Assembly: GCA_963768655.1 (NCBI GenBank)
Contig: CAVYIM010000005.1
Coordinates: 256,001 to 320,000 of the forward strand
Direction: 5' to 3'
Length of the DNA stretch: 64,000 nucleotides
Source of the DNA: an uncultured Chloroflexia bacterium
GTDB lineage: Bacteria; Chloroflexota; Limnocylindria; Limnocylindrales; CSP1-4
The position numbers and the translations under genes are program-made. Shown here in pieces: positions 31,699 to 41,940 of this stretch. Under the pieces are notes generated by a model, which did no database searches, was not told the DNA's origin, and was given only the letters and a program-made list of their open reading frames with translations. Within the stretch, counting starts at the first letter, position 1. The number at the start of each line of letters is the position of its first letter.

Positions 31699-33048
31699 CT
31701 ACCCGACCGCCTTGCCGACCAGGCTGCCCAGGCCGAACGTGACCGCCGCGGCGGCCATGCCCAGCAGGACCTGGCGGCCGCCGGTGCGGAGTACGCTCGA
31801 ACCGGTGACGATGGTGATCGCGGCGCCGACGAGCATCAGCGCCACGGCGCTCACGACGATCGAGGCCACGACGGCGGGCAGACCCGTGGCGAAGATGAAC
31901 GGCGAGACGGGCACGATCGCGCCGAGCGCGAACAGGAAGAACGATGTCGCCGCCGCGACCCAGGCGGAGCCGCCCAGCTCTTCTGGGTCGATGCCGAGCT
32001 CCTCGCGCGCCAGCGTGTCGACCGCGTGGCCGAGCTCGCCGCCGACGATCGACTTCGACATCAGCCGCGCCTGCTCGGCGCTGAGGCCCTTGGCCTGGTA
32101 GATCAGCGTCAGCTCCTCCTCTTCCTCGTCGGGGACCTGGAGGACCTCCTCGCGCTCGACCTTGACCTGGTGGGCGTACAGCTCGCGGGCGCTCTGGACG
32201 GACAGCCACTCGCCGATCGCCATCGAGAGCGCGCCGGCCAGCATGCCGGCGAACCCCGCCACGAGAACGGCGTGGCCGCCGCCCGACGCCCCGGCGACGC
32301 CCATCGAGAGGCTCAGGTTGGAGACCAGACCGTCGTTCGCGCCCAGGACGGCCGCGCGTAGCTGATTGCCGCCGCTGCCGCGGTGCCGCCCTTCGATGCG
32401 GGCGATGGCGCCGCCCTCGACGCCCTGCCCGCCGGCCAGCTCGCGGAAGAGCCGGGCGTGGGAGCGCTCGTCGCCGGGCATCCGCGCCAGCGCCTCGGGC
32501 TGGTCGTCGTACATCGCCTCGTCGGCGGCCTCGCGCTCGGCGATCGTGGGCACCACCAGCTGTGGTCCGAAATGGCGGGCCACGAACATCAGCGCTCGCG
32601 CCCGCCAGGCCGGGTGCATCCGGCTCGTGTCGACGCCGGCCGCCGCGAGCCGCTCGCGCCAGACGCCTTCGTGGACGCCCTCGATCTCGACCATTCGGCC
32701 GTAGAAGTCCTTGAGCGTCTGGCTCGGCTCTTCCTGGGCCAGCAGCCCATACAGGGCGACGGCGTCGATCTCGCCCTGGAGGTTCTCGCGGTAGCGGGCG
32801 ACGTCGGCTTTGGCGGCGGTCTCGGACGGTGTCGGCGTCCCCGCGGTCGTGGGCGGCTTGGGCGCCTCCGGCGTCGTCGGCGGCTTCGGACCTTTGGGCG
32901 TCGCCGGCGGCTTGGGCGACTTCGGCGGCTCGGGCGACGGCTTGCCGGCGGCAGGCGCGACAGGGACGGGCGCCGCGCTCATCTCGGCGGCCTTCGACTT
33001 GTTCTTGGCCTTCGACCTGCCTGGCTTGCTCTTCTTGCGAGCGCTCAT
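31699..33048 (-). CDS. Ferritin/rubrerythrin-like + VIT1/CCC1 iron exporter (MbfA-like)
   Basis: EIDAVALY...EGVH, DERSHARLF; LRAAVLGANDGLVSN, AGALSMAIGEWLSV. Confidence 0.88.
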   Translation of the reverse strand: MSARKKSKPGRSKAKNKSKAAEMSAAPVPVAPAAGKPSPEPPKSPKPPATPKGPKPPTTPEAPKPPTTAGTPTPSETAAKADVARYRENLQGEIDAVALYGLLAQEEPSQTLKDFYGRMVEIEGVHEGVWRERLAAAGVDTSRMHPAWRARALMFVARHFGPQLVVPTIAEREAADEAMYDDQPEALARMPGDERSHARLFRELAGGQGVEGGAIARIEGRHRGSGGNQLRAAVLGANDGLVSNLSLSMGVAGASGGGHAVLVAGFAGMLAGALSMAIGEWLSVQSARELYAHQVKVEREEVLQVPDEEEEELTLIYQAKGLSAEQARLMSKSIVGGELGHAVDTLAREELGIDPEELGGSAWVAAATSFFLFALGAIVPVSPFIFATGLPAVVASIVVSAVALMLVGAAITIVTGSSVLRTGGRQVLLGMAAAAVTFGLGSLVGKAVG

Positions 33049-33180
33049 GGGCGTAGTGTCGCCGGTCTTGCCCGGCAGGACAACGTCGCCGCGTCAGGGA
33101 CGTCCGACGGCGGGATCGCCGATCGCGCGGAACGCCACAGGCAGGCTGCGGCTGGGAGCCCGCCTCGCCCGCCTGGAACC

Positions 33181-33801
33181 CTAGCCGCGCTTGCCGATCA
33201 GGTCGCCGGCCGGGCGATGGGCGATCGTGCCGGGAGTCGGGGCGGGCGTGGGCACCCAGGCCCGGAACCGGTCGCCCAGCTTGGAGCGCCGATCGGAGCC
33301 CCAGACGAACACATCCGCTCCACCGCCGTACGGGCAGAATGCGTCGCCGGTGGCGGGCGCGAAGAGAGCGACCCGCCCGACGCGATCTCGGGCCACGGCG
33401 AGCCACACGCGGTCCAGGAGTCCGCGCTGCCAGCTCAAAGTCGTGGCCACGAACTCGGCGTGGCTGGAGCCTGGCAGGTAATCGCGCAGGCTCTCGATCC
33501 AGGCCGGCGGCGGTTCGATCGGCGTCGCACCGATGGCCCGGAGCTCGCCGGTCGCCTCGTGCCGCGGATCGAGGTGGATGGCCAGAATCAGCACCGTGGT
33601 GCCGGTGAAGAGCGCACTGGCAACGGCATCGAACCGCGACGCGGTTCGCTCGTCCTCCTCACGCGTTGCCGGCTCGGCGCTGTCGCGCAGGTAGTGGACA
33701 CGCGTCCAGACCGCCTCGTGGGTGAAACGCAGCATGAAGCCGACCGGCGGTTGGCCCGAGTACTGCGCCTGCCACGCCTCCAGCGCTTCATGAACGTCCA
33801 C
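33181..33801 (-). CDS. Hypothetical protein (DUF3885-like)
   Basis: PPVGFMLR...WTRVHYL...FCPYGGGADV. Confidence 0.55.
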   Translation of the reverse strand: MDVHEALEAWQAQYSGQPPVGFMLRFTHEAVWTRVHYLRDSAEPATREEDERTASRFDAVASALFTGTTVLILAIHLDPRHEATGELRAIGATPIEPPPAWIESLRDYLPGSSHAEFVATTLSWQRGLLDRVWLAVARDRVGRVALFAPATGDAFCPYGGGADVFVWGSDRRSKLGDRFRAWVPTPAPTPGTIAHRPAGDLIGKRG

Positions 33802-34029
33802 TGCGTCAGATCGACCCCGCTATGTCGGCAAGACCGGTCGCCACGCCGGAGCGCTCCCAGGAATAGGCGTCAACCACTCCACCTGGTCCGTACGCCGAAT
33901 GCAGGAGCCGAGCGTGGGCATACCGTACCCGTTATCGGGCTGGCAGACAACAGGATGAGCCACCGATCACGAGACGTCACCCGGTCAACGTTCGCAGTCG
34001 AGAGATTCCGGTGCGGCGGGGCAACCGGA

Positions 34030-34380
34030 CTAGGACGCGAACGCGGGGCGCACGGCGTCGACTAGCTCCTCGCAGGTAAGCGGGTCGACGACCTCGTAGT
34101 GCTGGATGTCGAAGTAGGAGAAGACCTCAGGCGCGTCGCCGGCGATCATAGGGGCATTCAGGAGATCGATGCCTCCGACCCAGTCATAAACCCCCTTGAG
34201 GTCGTTCCAGACGCTCAGGAAGACGATCTCCTCCGAGCCGTCCTTGTGAGTCTGGCGACCGACCTGAGCGTAGGAGCAGCCCTCATGGCTGCGCGTCCTC
34301 GCCAGGGCCAGCGCGGACTGTTCGCGAAACAGGCCCAGGGCGTCGGCCTTGACGCGACCTTGAAGCACTCGAACGATCAA
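34030..34380 (-). CDS. ABM (antibiotic biosynthesis monooxygenase)-like dimeric alpha-beta barrel protein
   Basis: IVRVLQGRVK...GRQ...EEIVFLSVW...QHYEV. Confidence 0.65.
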   Translation of the reverse strand: MIVRVLQGRVKADALGLFREQSALALARTRSHEGCSYAQVGRQTHKDGSEEIVFLSVWNDLKGVYDWVGGIDLLNAPMIAGDAPEVFSYFDIQHYEVVDPLTCEELVDAVRPAFAS

Positions 34381-34737
34381 GTCTCATCCTCGCGCTTTCC
34401 TTCCCTCCCGCCGTCGATTGTCGGGAGCGCTCGAGCGTTCGGCAATACCAGGCGCATAACAACGCGGCGCCGAGACGTCGCCAATGCGTCAAAGTGGTCG
34501 ACCGGCGCACCAGACGGGGCGGTTCGACACGGACGGTCGAAGCCGGATCGGTGCCCGGCGAGGGGCGATCGCCGGGCCGACTGCGGAAGACGGGCGTGGC
34601 CCGCAACCGGATCGCCGCGGCGCGGGAACGGCTGGTCCGGACTTACACGGGCCTTACGTGGGCCTCGTACAGGTCGTAGCCGGCAGCCCGAGGATCTCCT
34701 CGTCAACTCGACAGAGTCCGACTAGGAGACCAGCCAG

Positions 34738-35118
34738 GTGAACCGTCAGACCCGCTCCGTCGCAAGGCTCGCCGGAACGCTTCTCATCGTCGGCCTCGTC
34801 GCGGTCGCATGCGGCCGCCACGATGCCGGCCAGGGAACGCCGCCGGCCGGGCAGAATCCAACCGCAGCCGCCACCGCCCAGGCCGCGACCCCGGCCGCTG
34901 CTCCGACAGCCCTGACATCCGACGCTCCGGCATCGCCGGCGGCCTCGGCATCAGTGGCTCCGGCCGCCTCGCCATCGGTGGCTCCGGCCGCCTCGTACTC
35001 ACCTCCCACCACAGCCGACGATCCCGTTCCCGGAGAGATCCAGTCTGTCGACCAACTCCTGAACAGCATCGCCGGATCGATCTCCGGCGCCGACTCCGGC
35101 ACCAACGGCGGCGAATAG
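34738..35118 (+). CDS. Putative lipoprotein (Ala/Pro-rich)
   Basis: Signal peptide ending VAVAC (lipobox-like). Confidence 0.65.
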   Translation: MNRQTRSVARLAGTLLIVGLVAVACGRHDAGQGTPPAGQNPTAAATAQAATPAAAPTALTSDAPASPAASASVAPAASPSVAPAASYSPPTTADDPVPGEIQSVDQLLNSIAGSISGADSGTNGGE

Positions 35119-35145
35119 CCGGCCGCATCCAGACAGGAGAACACC

Positions 35146-35910
35146 ATGAAGACCCACGCCCGCACTATTCTCGCCGGCCTCGCGGTCGCCGCCATGCTCG
35201 TCGTCTCGTCCGCGGCCGTCGCCTCGGCCGCCGCCCCGGTCGTCTCCGGCGGTCCCGCCGGCAAGGGCGTTTGCGCCAAGGAGGCCGCCGCCGTCCGGGC
35301 CGGCGTCTCGATCGACACCCTGCGCGCCTTCGGCGATTGCGAGATCGCTCGCCGCTTCACGACCCTCGACGCCCTGGCCACGAAGATCTCGAGTTCCAAG
35401 GCCCTGACCAGCTCTGACGCAGCCGCGCTGTCCAGCGAAGTGGCCTCGACGACGAGCGGTCTGACCGCCCTCAAGGCCGAGATCGACTCCGAGACGTCCC
35501 TGCTCGCCCTGCCTGCGGAGATTCGCCAGATCGCGACCAACTATCGCGTGTACCTGCTGGTCGTGCCACAAGTGAACCTCGTGAACGGCGCCGACATGGT
35601 CGGGCTCGCCAACACCGCGTTCGAACAGATCTCGACCAACCTGACCGCCCGCATCGCCGCGGCCAAGGCCGCCGGCAAGGAGACCACCGCGGCCCAGGCC
35701 GACCTCGACGCGATGAATGCCGCCGTGGCGCAGGCCGTCGGCCTGGCCGAGCCGCTGCCGGCAGCGCTCCTGCCGCTGACCCCCGCCCAGTACAACGCCG
35801 GCACTGCCGGCCCCGTGATCAGGAATGCGCGGGCGGCCCTGGTCCAGGCTCGCGGCCTGCTCCTGTCGGCCCGCCAGGATGCCGTGGCCTGCCGCGCCGC
35901 TCTCGAGTAG
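35146..35910 (+). CDS. Secreted alpha-helical hypothetical protein
   Basis: AGGAG RBS, signal peptide, Ala-rich helical repeats. Confidence 0.75.
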   Translation: MKTHARTILAGLAVAAMLVVSSAAVASAAAPVVSGGPAGKGVCAKEAAAVRAGVSIDTLRAFGDCEIARRFTTLDALATKISSSKALTSSDAAALSSEVASTTSGLTALKAEIDSETSLLALPAEIRQIATNYRVYLLVVPQVNLVNGADMVGLANTAFEQISTNLTARIAAAKAAGKETTAAQADLDAMNAAVAQAVGLAEPLPAALLPLTPAQYNAGTAGPVIRNARAALVQARGLLLSARQDAVACRAALE

Positions 35911-36025
35911 CGAACCGTTCCTCGCGGCCCCGAATCGCGCGGCTCCCGACCTCCGGGTCGGGAGCCGCGCTTCTCTATCTGGCGGGCCGCGATCCACAGG
36001 ACGCCGGCGTGGCCTCAGCCCCGGC

Positions 36026-36499
36026 TCAGACCCGGCCCCAATCCCGGTACGGGTGATTCACCAGGCTGGCGTTGAAGTAGCGCGGGTCACCGGTGACCTC
36101 CTCGCCGATCCAGTCGGGCAGGATCACCGCCGTGGCTTCGGACGGTAGCTCGACCTCGGCGACGACCAGTCCGTCATTCTCACCGCCGAAGACGTCGATC
36201 TCCCAGACCAGGCGGCCGGCCGTGACGCGGTAGCGCGTCTTCTCGATGAGCGGCCGGAGCGCCAGCTGATCGAGCAGTTCCTCCGCCTCGGGCACCGGGA
36301 TCTCGTACTCATATTCGGCCCGGCTGGCTCCACTCTCGGAGGAGGCGCCTTTGATCGTGACGAAGGCACGCACGCCGGAGACCCGGACGCGCACCGTGCG
36401 CTCCGGATCGATCGACAGATAGCCCTGCCGCATCGCCGTGCCGGCCAGGCTCGCGACGACCGACCTGTCGGCGACCAGGAACTTACGCTCGATCTCCAT
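36026..36499 (-). CDS. CYTH-domain protein (triphosphate tunnel metalloenzyme)
   Basis: MEIERKFLV, QGYLS, VRVR, TIKG, EYEYEIP, EKTRY, AEVEL. Confidence 0.93.
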   Translation of the reverse strand: MEIERKFLVADRSVVASLAGTAMRQGYLSIDPERTVRVRVSGVRAFVTIKGASSESGASRAEYEYEIPVPEAEELLDQLALRPLIEKTRYRVTAGRLVWEIDVFGGENDGLVVAEVELPSEATAVILPDWIGEEVTGDPRYFNASLVNHPYRDWGRV

Positions 36500-36506
36500 T
36501 CCCACG

Positions 36507-38837
36507 TCAGCCGTCCTCGTCGACCGTGGGGAGAGTGAAGCCGAACTCGGCGCCGGGGCCATCGGCGCGTGGCCGGGCCCAGATCGCGCCTTCCATCGAC
36601 GCGATCAGTCGATGCGCCAGGAAGAGCCCGATCCCGGAGCCCGCGGTCGTGGCCGTGCGGTCGGACCTGTAGAAGAGCTCGAAGAGCCGGTCCGCCTCCT
36701 CGGGATCGACGCCGGGCCCGCGATCGAGGACGCGCACGCGCGGATGGCCGTCCTGCGCGTCGGCGATCACGTCGATCTCGCCGTCGGGGGGGCCGTACTT
36801 GGCCGCGTTGCCGATCAGGTTACGAACGATCTGTTCGACGAAGGCCGGCTCGGCCTTGGCGACGGGCGGGTTGCCGACCACCTTGAAGTCGATCCGCCGG
36901 CCCTGCCAGCGAGCCTGCTCCTGGGCGCAGACCTTGCGCAGGATGTGGGGCAGCAGGACCGGCTCGGTCCGAATCTGGATGGTGCCGCGCTCCACCCGGG
37001 CGAGCACGACGAGATCCTCGACAAGCCGCCGCAGCCGCTCCAATTCCTGGTTGATGTCGTCGAGCAGCTCCGCCCGTTGCGAATCCTCCAGCCCGGCACG
37101 GCTCAGGAGGGTGCTGGCCGCATGTATCGAAGTGATCGGAGTTCGAAGCTCGTGCGACAGGATGCCGGCGAAGGCCTCCCTGAAGGCCTCGGCATCCCGG
37201 CGGTCGGTGACGTCGAGGTTGATGCCGGCCCAGCTGGTGAACCGCCCGTCGGCTTCGACGATCGGAAAGCCGCGCGAGAGGATCGTGTGCGACCGGTTGT
37301 CCGTGCCCCGGACCGTGAACTCGAAGCTCCAGGGGCGCCGGGCCGAGACCGCGACCTTCCAGTCGCGCAGCGTCGCCTCGGCCGTGTCGGGCGCCAGGGC
37401 CTCCAACCACCCAAGTCCCTGGGCTTCCTCCTCCGTCCGCCCGATCAGTGACAGGAAAGACTGGCTCATGTAGCGCATTCGACCGTCTGCGTCGGCCGTC
37501 CAGAAACCGAATGGGACGGAATCGCTGATCACCTGGGCCTGTTTGCGCAACTCGGACAGCGCCGTCAGCGCTTCTTCGCGGCGCTTGCGCTCCGTGATGT
37601 CGACGACGCTCAACGCCAGACCGATCGCCTCCCCGGTCTCATCGCTGAGTGCCTTCGCACTCAGCAGCCAGGTCCCGGGCTCGGCCCCGGCCGCGGCATT
37701 GCCGCTGACTTCCAGGTCCTGTATCCCACTTCCCGAGACGAGCACGCCCTCCAGCGTGGCCGCCGTGTCGATCCCGAGCTCGGGCGAGACCCGGTCGACG
37801 CGTTGCCCGAGATGAGCCAGCGGGCCGAGCCCGTCGATCGAAGCGAGCGCCGGGTTGACGTACAGGTATCTGAGGTCGCGGTCCAGGACGGCGAGGCCGA
37901 TCGGCGCCGTCTCGATCAGCGGCGTCGAGACGGCCGAGCCCAGGCGGACAAGGTCCAGCTCCGCCTGCCGGCGCTGTTCCACGAGACGCCTGACGCTGGC
38001 CGTGGTCCACGCCCCGATCGCCACGAGCACGAGCGCCTCGAGCGTGACCAGGATCGAGAGGCCGACCGACTCGTCGTACAGGCCGGCCCGCTCGCCCATC
38101 AGGCGAAGCCACGCGCCGATGGGCACGATCAGGAGGGCGGCCGGAAGGATGCGGCGAATGACCTGGCCGGCCGGGCCGGGATCGGTCACCTGGCGGGCCA
38201 GCGCGTGCTCAGGATCGACGGCGATCAGGCCTACAGCCAGAAGCGTCAGGGCGACCGCGGCCGGCAGCGCGACCTGGTTCGCGGACGTCGGGCCGATCAG
38301 CGTCTCCGCCCCATACATGTAGCCCATCAGCGAAACCCCCCCGATCGCGGCAGAGACCGCAGCGAGCAGTTCAGTCGGGTGGACGCCGCGCACGCGACGA
38401 CCCATCAAGAGCACGGCCATGGCGGCGGCCAGGAACCCGAACGCCGTCAGGATGGCGAACCGGCCGGGGTGGGGCGAGCCGGCGCTGGTCAGGTCTCTGA
38501 CAAAGAACTCGTCTATGCCGAGGTTGACGCCGGCGAAATGCTCCGCGAGCGTCACCAGGGCGATGGCTGCCACCACGAGCGCGGCCACGGACGCCCAGAG
38601 ATGGCTTTCCCCGGGACGGGAGGCGAGGACCAGGGCGATCGCCAGCCCGAGAAGGCAAACGGCAGCATTGACCTTCGTGGCGACCTCGCCGGGCACCCAC
38701 GAAGTCAGGTCCGAGAGGCCCGACGCCCAACCGACCAGGATGCCGACCGCGATGAGGCCGACGACGACGCCGATGCCCTGCGCGAAGCCGGCCAGCGTCA
38801 GCCGCGGTTTCCGAAGGGGCGGAATGGTGCCTGTCAC
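36507..38837 (-). CDS. Membrane-bound PAS-PAS sensor histidine kinase
   Basis: Multiple TM helices, two PAS domains, LSHELRTP, NLIGNAAKY, DRGPG, GSGIGL. Confidence 0.93.
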   Translation of the reverse strand: MTGTIPPLRKPRLTLAGFAQGIGVVVGLIAVGILVGWASGLSDLTSWVPGEVATKVNAAVCLLGLAIALVLASRPGESHLWASVAALVVAAIALVTLAEHFAGVNLGIDEFFVRDLTSAGSPHPGRFAILTAFGFLAAAMAVLLMGRRVRGVHPTELLAAVSAAIGGVSLMGYMYGAETLIGPTSANQVALPAAVALTLLAVGLIAVDPEHALARQVTDPGPAGQVIRRILPAALLIVPIGAWLRLMGERAGLYDESVGLSILVTLEALVLVAIGAWTTASVRRLVEQRRQAELDLVRLGSAVSTPLIETAPIGLAVLDRDLRYLYVNPALASIDGLGPLAHLGQRVDRVSPELGIDTAATLEGVLVSGSGIQDLEVSGNAAAGAEPGTWLLSAKALSDETGEAIGLALSVVDITERKRREEALTALSELRKQAQVISDSVPFGFWTADADGRMRYMSQSFLSLIGRTEEEAQGLGWLEALAPDTAEATLRDWKVAVSARRPWSFEFTVRGTDNRSHTILSRGFPIVEADGRFTSWAGINLDVTDRRDAEAFREAFAGILSHELRTPITSIHAASTLLSRAGLEDSQRAELLDDINQELERLRRLVEDLVVLARVERGTIQIRTEPVLLPHILRKVCAQEQARWQGRRIDFKVVGNPPVAKAEPAFVEQIVRNLIGNAAKYGPPDGEIDVIADAQDGHPRVRVLDRGPGVDPEEADRLFELFYRSDRTATTAGSGIGLFLAHRLIASMEGAIWARPRADGPGAEFGFTLPTVDEDG

Positions 38838-39066
38838 GACCGGGCTGTCGTGGGCTTCAAGGCGTCGGCCGCGCGGCCGCGTTCGACGACGGATCGGATG
38901 CCAGTCGCGCGTGACTCATCGCACCGCTCCAACTGCCTTGACGTTGGATATGGTACGTCGCCGCCGGGACCGATTGAAGGGGCGAGGTCAGGCGTGCCGA
39001 ACGACCCGCCGGGCGTCGCACGTCGCTATGGGCGCCATCCGGCGACGGCGGGCAGGCCTGAGACCG

Positions 39067-39972
39067 TCAGGGCATCCAGGTCCGCGGGCGCTTCGTCTCG
39101 TGCTCAGCCGGCTCGGGCAACTCCCAGACCGGTCCGCCCTCGGCCGGCTCCGCGGACCTGGCCGCGGCCGCCGGGTGAGCAACCGGCGCGGCCGGCGCCT
39201 TGGGAGCGCCGGGCTTCGCCGCGGGCGGCTGCAGGCCATGTGGCGCGGCCGGCGTCGGGGATTGCGGGGCGGGCAGCCCGATCGGATGCGGAGCCACCCA
39301 TGCCGCGGCCCGGGTCTTGCCGCCGGGGGTCTTCGCCGGCCGGCGCGCGGGCGGTTGGTCGGCGGCCGCGGGCGCTGCCTCGGCGGCCTCCCTGGCGGCC
39401 TTCTTTGCGGCCGTCGGCGCCGCGGCAGCCGGAGCGGGAACGGCCTTGAGGCTGGCTTTCGCAACGACCGTGGGCGCCTCCGGCTTGACGGCGGGAGTCT
39501 TGGCAATCGCCACGACCTGGGGGGCCGCCTGCACCGGCACGGGCGCGGCCACCTGGAAGGCGCGACCGTCGATACCGGCCAGCAGCCCGATGAGGAACTC
39601 GCAGATCCTGTCGGCCTCGTCGTCGACGCCCTTCAGAACCTGGCCTTCGACCTGCACTGCCACGATCCGATGGCCGTCGGAAGCCTCCACTCCCAGCTCG
39701 CTGACCTGGAGCTTGCCCCATCTGACGAGCTTGCCCGTCGCCCGCGGACCTTCGGCTCCGGCCCCGCCGACGCGGACGGCGACCGAGATCAAACCGGCCT
39801 GGGTCGGCGCCATGACCGAGTAGCGGAACTCCGGGTCTTCACCCCACAGCACCCAGCAGGCCGGATCGCCATCCGCGCCCAGGTCCGCGAGCACCGGTTT
39901 CAGCACCGCGAGGATCTTGTTGCTCATGCACTCGCGGTTAGGGGCCGTCTTCCTCCACTCGCTCAGAAGCAT
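39067..39972 (-). CDS. Hypothetical protein with Pro/Ala-rich C-terminus
   Basis: GGGGAGG RBS; globular N-terminal ~140 aa. Confidence 0.7.
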   Translation of the reverse strand: MLLSEWRKTAPNRECMSNKILAVLKPVLADLGADGDPACWVLWGEDPEFRYSVMAPTQAGLISVAVRVGGAGAEGPRATGKLVRWGKLQVSELGVEASDGHRIVAVQVEGQVLKGVDDEADRICEFLIGLLAGIDGRAFQVAAPVPVQAAPQVVAIAKTPAVKPEAPTVVAKASLKAVPAPAAAAPTAAKKAAREAAEAAPAAADQPPARRPAKTPGGKTRAAAWVAPHPIGLPAPQSPTPAAPHGLQPPAAKPGAPKAPAAPVAHPAAAARSAEPAEGGPVWELPEPAEHETKRPRTWMP

Positions 39973-40287
39973 CGACTGGCCTCCCCAATGACATCCGGCA
40001 CGGGACTGTGCCGGCGGTTGGTCTCGTCGCCGATGAGGCTATCACGCTGGAAGGCCACGTGAAACCAGACGGCGCCATCACTCTCACGAAGGATACGGAC
40101 GCTACCGCGGAAGGACACGACCGCATCCGAAGGAGTAGTCGGTTGGAGCCCCCGGAATGATGTGCCGGCGGGAACGTGGCGCGTATTCTCACGCTGACAC
40201 CGACCTGGCGCTGGAGCGGGAAGTCGGCTGGTCGCTCCGGGCGGCAACCGGGAGGGCCCGAGCGAATGATGCAGGAGAGGACGGCTT

Positions 40288-41247
40288 ATGAAGCTGAACC
40301 GTGGTCGACTCAATTGGGGAGTCTTCTTCATCGTCCTTGGAGCCGTCCCCCTGGCCTACCATCAGGGGGCCGTTTCGCTGACCGCTCTCGGCGATGCCTG
40401 GCGACTCTGGCCGCTCGTCCTGGTCGGCATCGGGCTCGGGTTCGTGCTTTCGCGAACACCGGCCTACTTCGTCGGCGGCCTGGTGGTCGCCGCCTGCCTG
40501 GGCCTCGTGCTGGGCAGCCTCTTCGCCGTCGGGCCTCAGCTCGGCTGCGGCAATCCGAGCGGCACGGGCGGCTCAGTCTCGCGCGACGGCACTTTCACAG
40601 GCGCCGCGCAGGTCGAGCTCAACCTGCAATGCGGTCGCGCCGACGTCTCCACCTCGCCTGACAGCCAGTGGCACGTCAGCGCGACCAACACGGGCACGAA
40701 CGACCCGGAGGTGAACTCTTCCCCCAACTCGCTGACGGTCAGCTCGGGCGACAGCGACGGCTGGTGGCTGCAGCGTGGCGAGGAGGACTGGAACGTCGAG
40801 CTGCCGTCGGGTCAGTCGATCGGGCTCGACGTCTCCATCGATGCCGGCGACGCTCACGTCAGCCTCGCCGGAGCGAGCCTCTCTTCCGCGAGCTTTTCGC
40901 TCAACGCCGGGTCGCTCCATGCGGATCTGACCGGCGCCCGGATCGGCAGCATCACAGTCTCGACCAACGTCGGGGCGTCGGCGCTGTCACTCGACGGCAA
41001 CTCCAGCGTATCGGGCACTCTCTCGACGAACGTCGGGGCGCTCGACCTGTGCGCGCCGAGCCAGCTGGGGCTCAGCCTGAAGTCGAGCGAGAGCCTGGCA
41101 TCGAGCAACTTTTCGAGTGCCGGTCTGGTCCAGGTCGGCGAAGCCTGGCAGACGCCCGGCTATGACACCGCGGCCAACAAGGCCGATTTCACCGTCAGCA
41201 CGAGCGTCGGAAGCCTGACGCTCAACCCCGCAGGAGGCTGCAAGTGA
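40288..41247 (+). CDS. LiaF/DUF5668-like membrane protein with beta-solenoid C-terminus
   Basis: WGVFFIVLG...WRLWPLVLVGIGL; Ser/Thr-rich beta repeats. Confidence 0.7.
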   Translation: MKLNRGRLNWGVFFIVLGAVPLAYHQGAVSLTALGDAWRLWPLVLVGIGLGFVLSRTPAYFVGGLVVAACLGLVLGSLFAVGPQLGCGNPSGTGGSVSRDGTFTGAAQVELNLQCGRADVSTSPDSQWHVSATNTGTNDPEVNSSPNSLTVSSGDSDGWWLQRGEEDWNVELPSGQSIGLDVSIDAGDAHVSLAGASLSSASFSLNAGSLHADLTGARIGSITVSTNVGASALSLDGNSSVSGTLSTNVGALDLCAPSQLGLSLKSSESLASSNFSSAGLVQVGEAWQTPGYDTAANKADFTVSTSVGSLTLNPAGGCK

Positions 41248-41875
41248 ACCCTCGTCGTCTCTATCGATCCTCCGACGACCGCTGGATCGCGGGCGTGGCG
41301 GCCGGCGTCGCCGACTACTTCGACGTGGATCCGATCCTGGTCCGGATCGTCTGGCTCGTCTCGGTCCCGCTGACGGGATTTCTCTCGCTGCTGGCCTATT
41401 TCATCATGATGGTCGTCGTGCCCCTCGGGCCCCAGGAGTGGTCGCAGCCCTCACCCTGGCAGCCGGGCGGCGCGCCCGTCGGCTACGGTGCCCCCGGTAT
41501 GCCGCCCGCCACGCCTGAGAGTGGCGGGCCCGGTCCGGCCCCGGACCCCGCTGCCGGCGCTCCGGCGGGCGCGCCCGCGCCCGCCCCATGCCCGGCCCCA
41601 TGCCCGGCCCCATGCCCGGACCGACGCCCGGATGGGACTGGCGCTGGCAGGCGCGTCAGGATCGCTGGCAGAGGCGCGCGGAACGCTGGGAGCGCCGCGC
41701 GGAACACCGCGGCTCGGGCGGCATCGTCTTCGGCGCGCTTCTGATCGTGGTCGGCGGCGTCCTCGCCTGGCACACGATCGACCCGGGCCTCGACCTGAAC
41801 CTGGCCTGGGCGATCGCCATCATCGCCTTCGGCGTGTTCCTGGTGATCTCGTCAGTCGAGCGCCACGGGGCCTGA
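41244..41875 (+). CDS. PspC-domain protein; frameshift in/near a CATGCCCGGCCC tandem repeat (~41580-41620)
   Basis: RRLYRSSDDRWIAGVAAGVADYFDVDPILVR; C-terminal GIVFGALLIVVG in a second frame. Confidence 0.8.
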
Positions 41876-41940
41876 CACCTCGCGCGATCTATGCCCTGGC
41901 CCGGCGCATCCAACGCCCGCGGCCCCTGACTGTCGCGGGC

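Noticed and set aside
41580-41625. Programmed phase variation of pspC
   Set aside because: The repeat unit is 12 bp, so copy changes would not shift the frame; a single sequencing indel in a C-run is the simpler explanation
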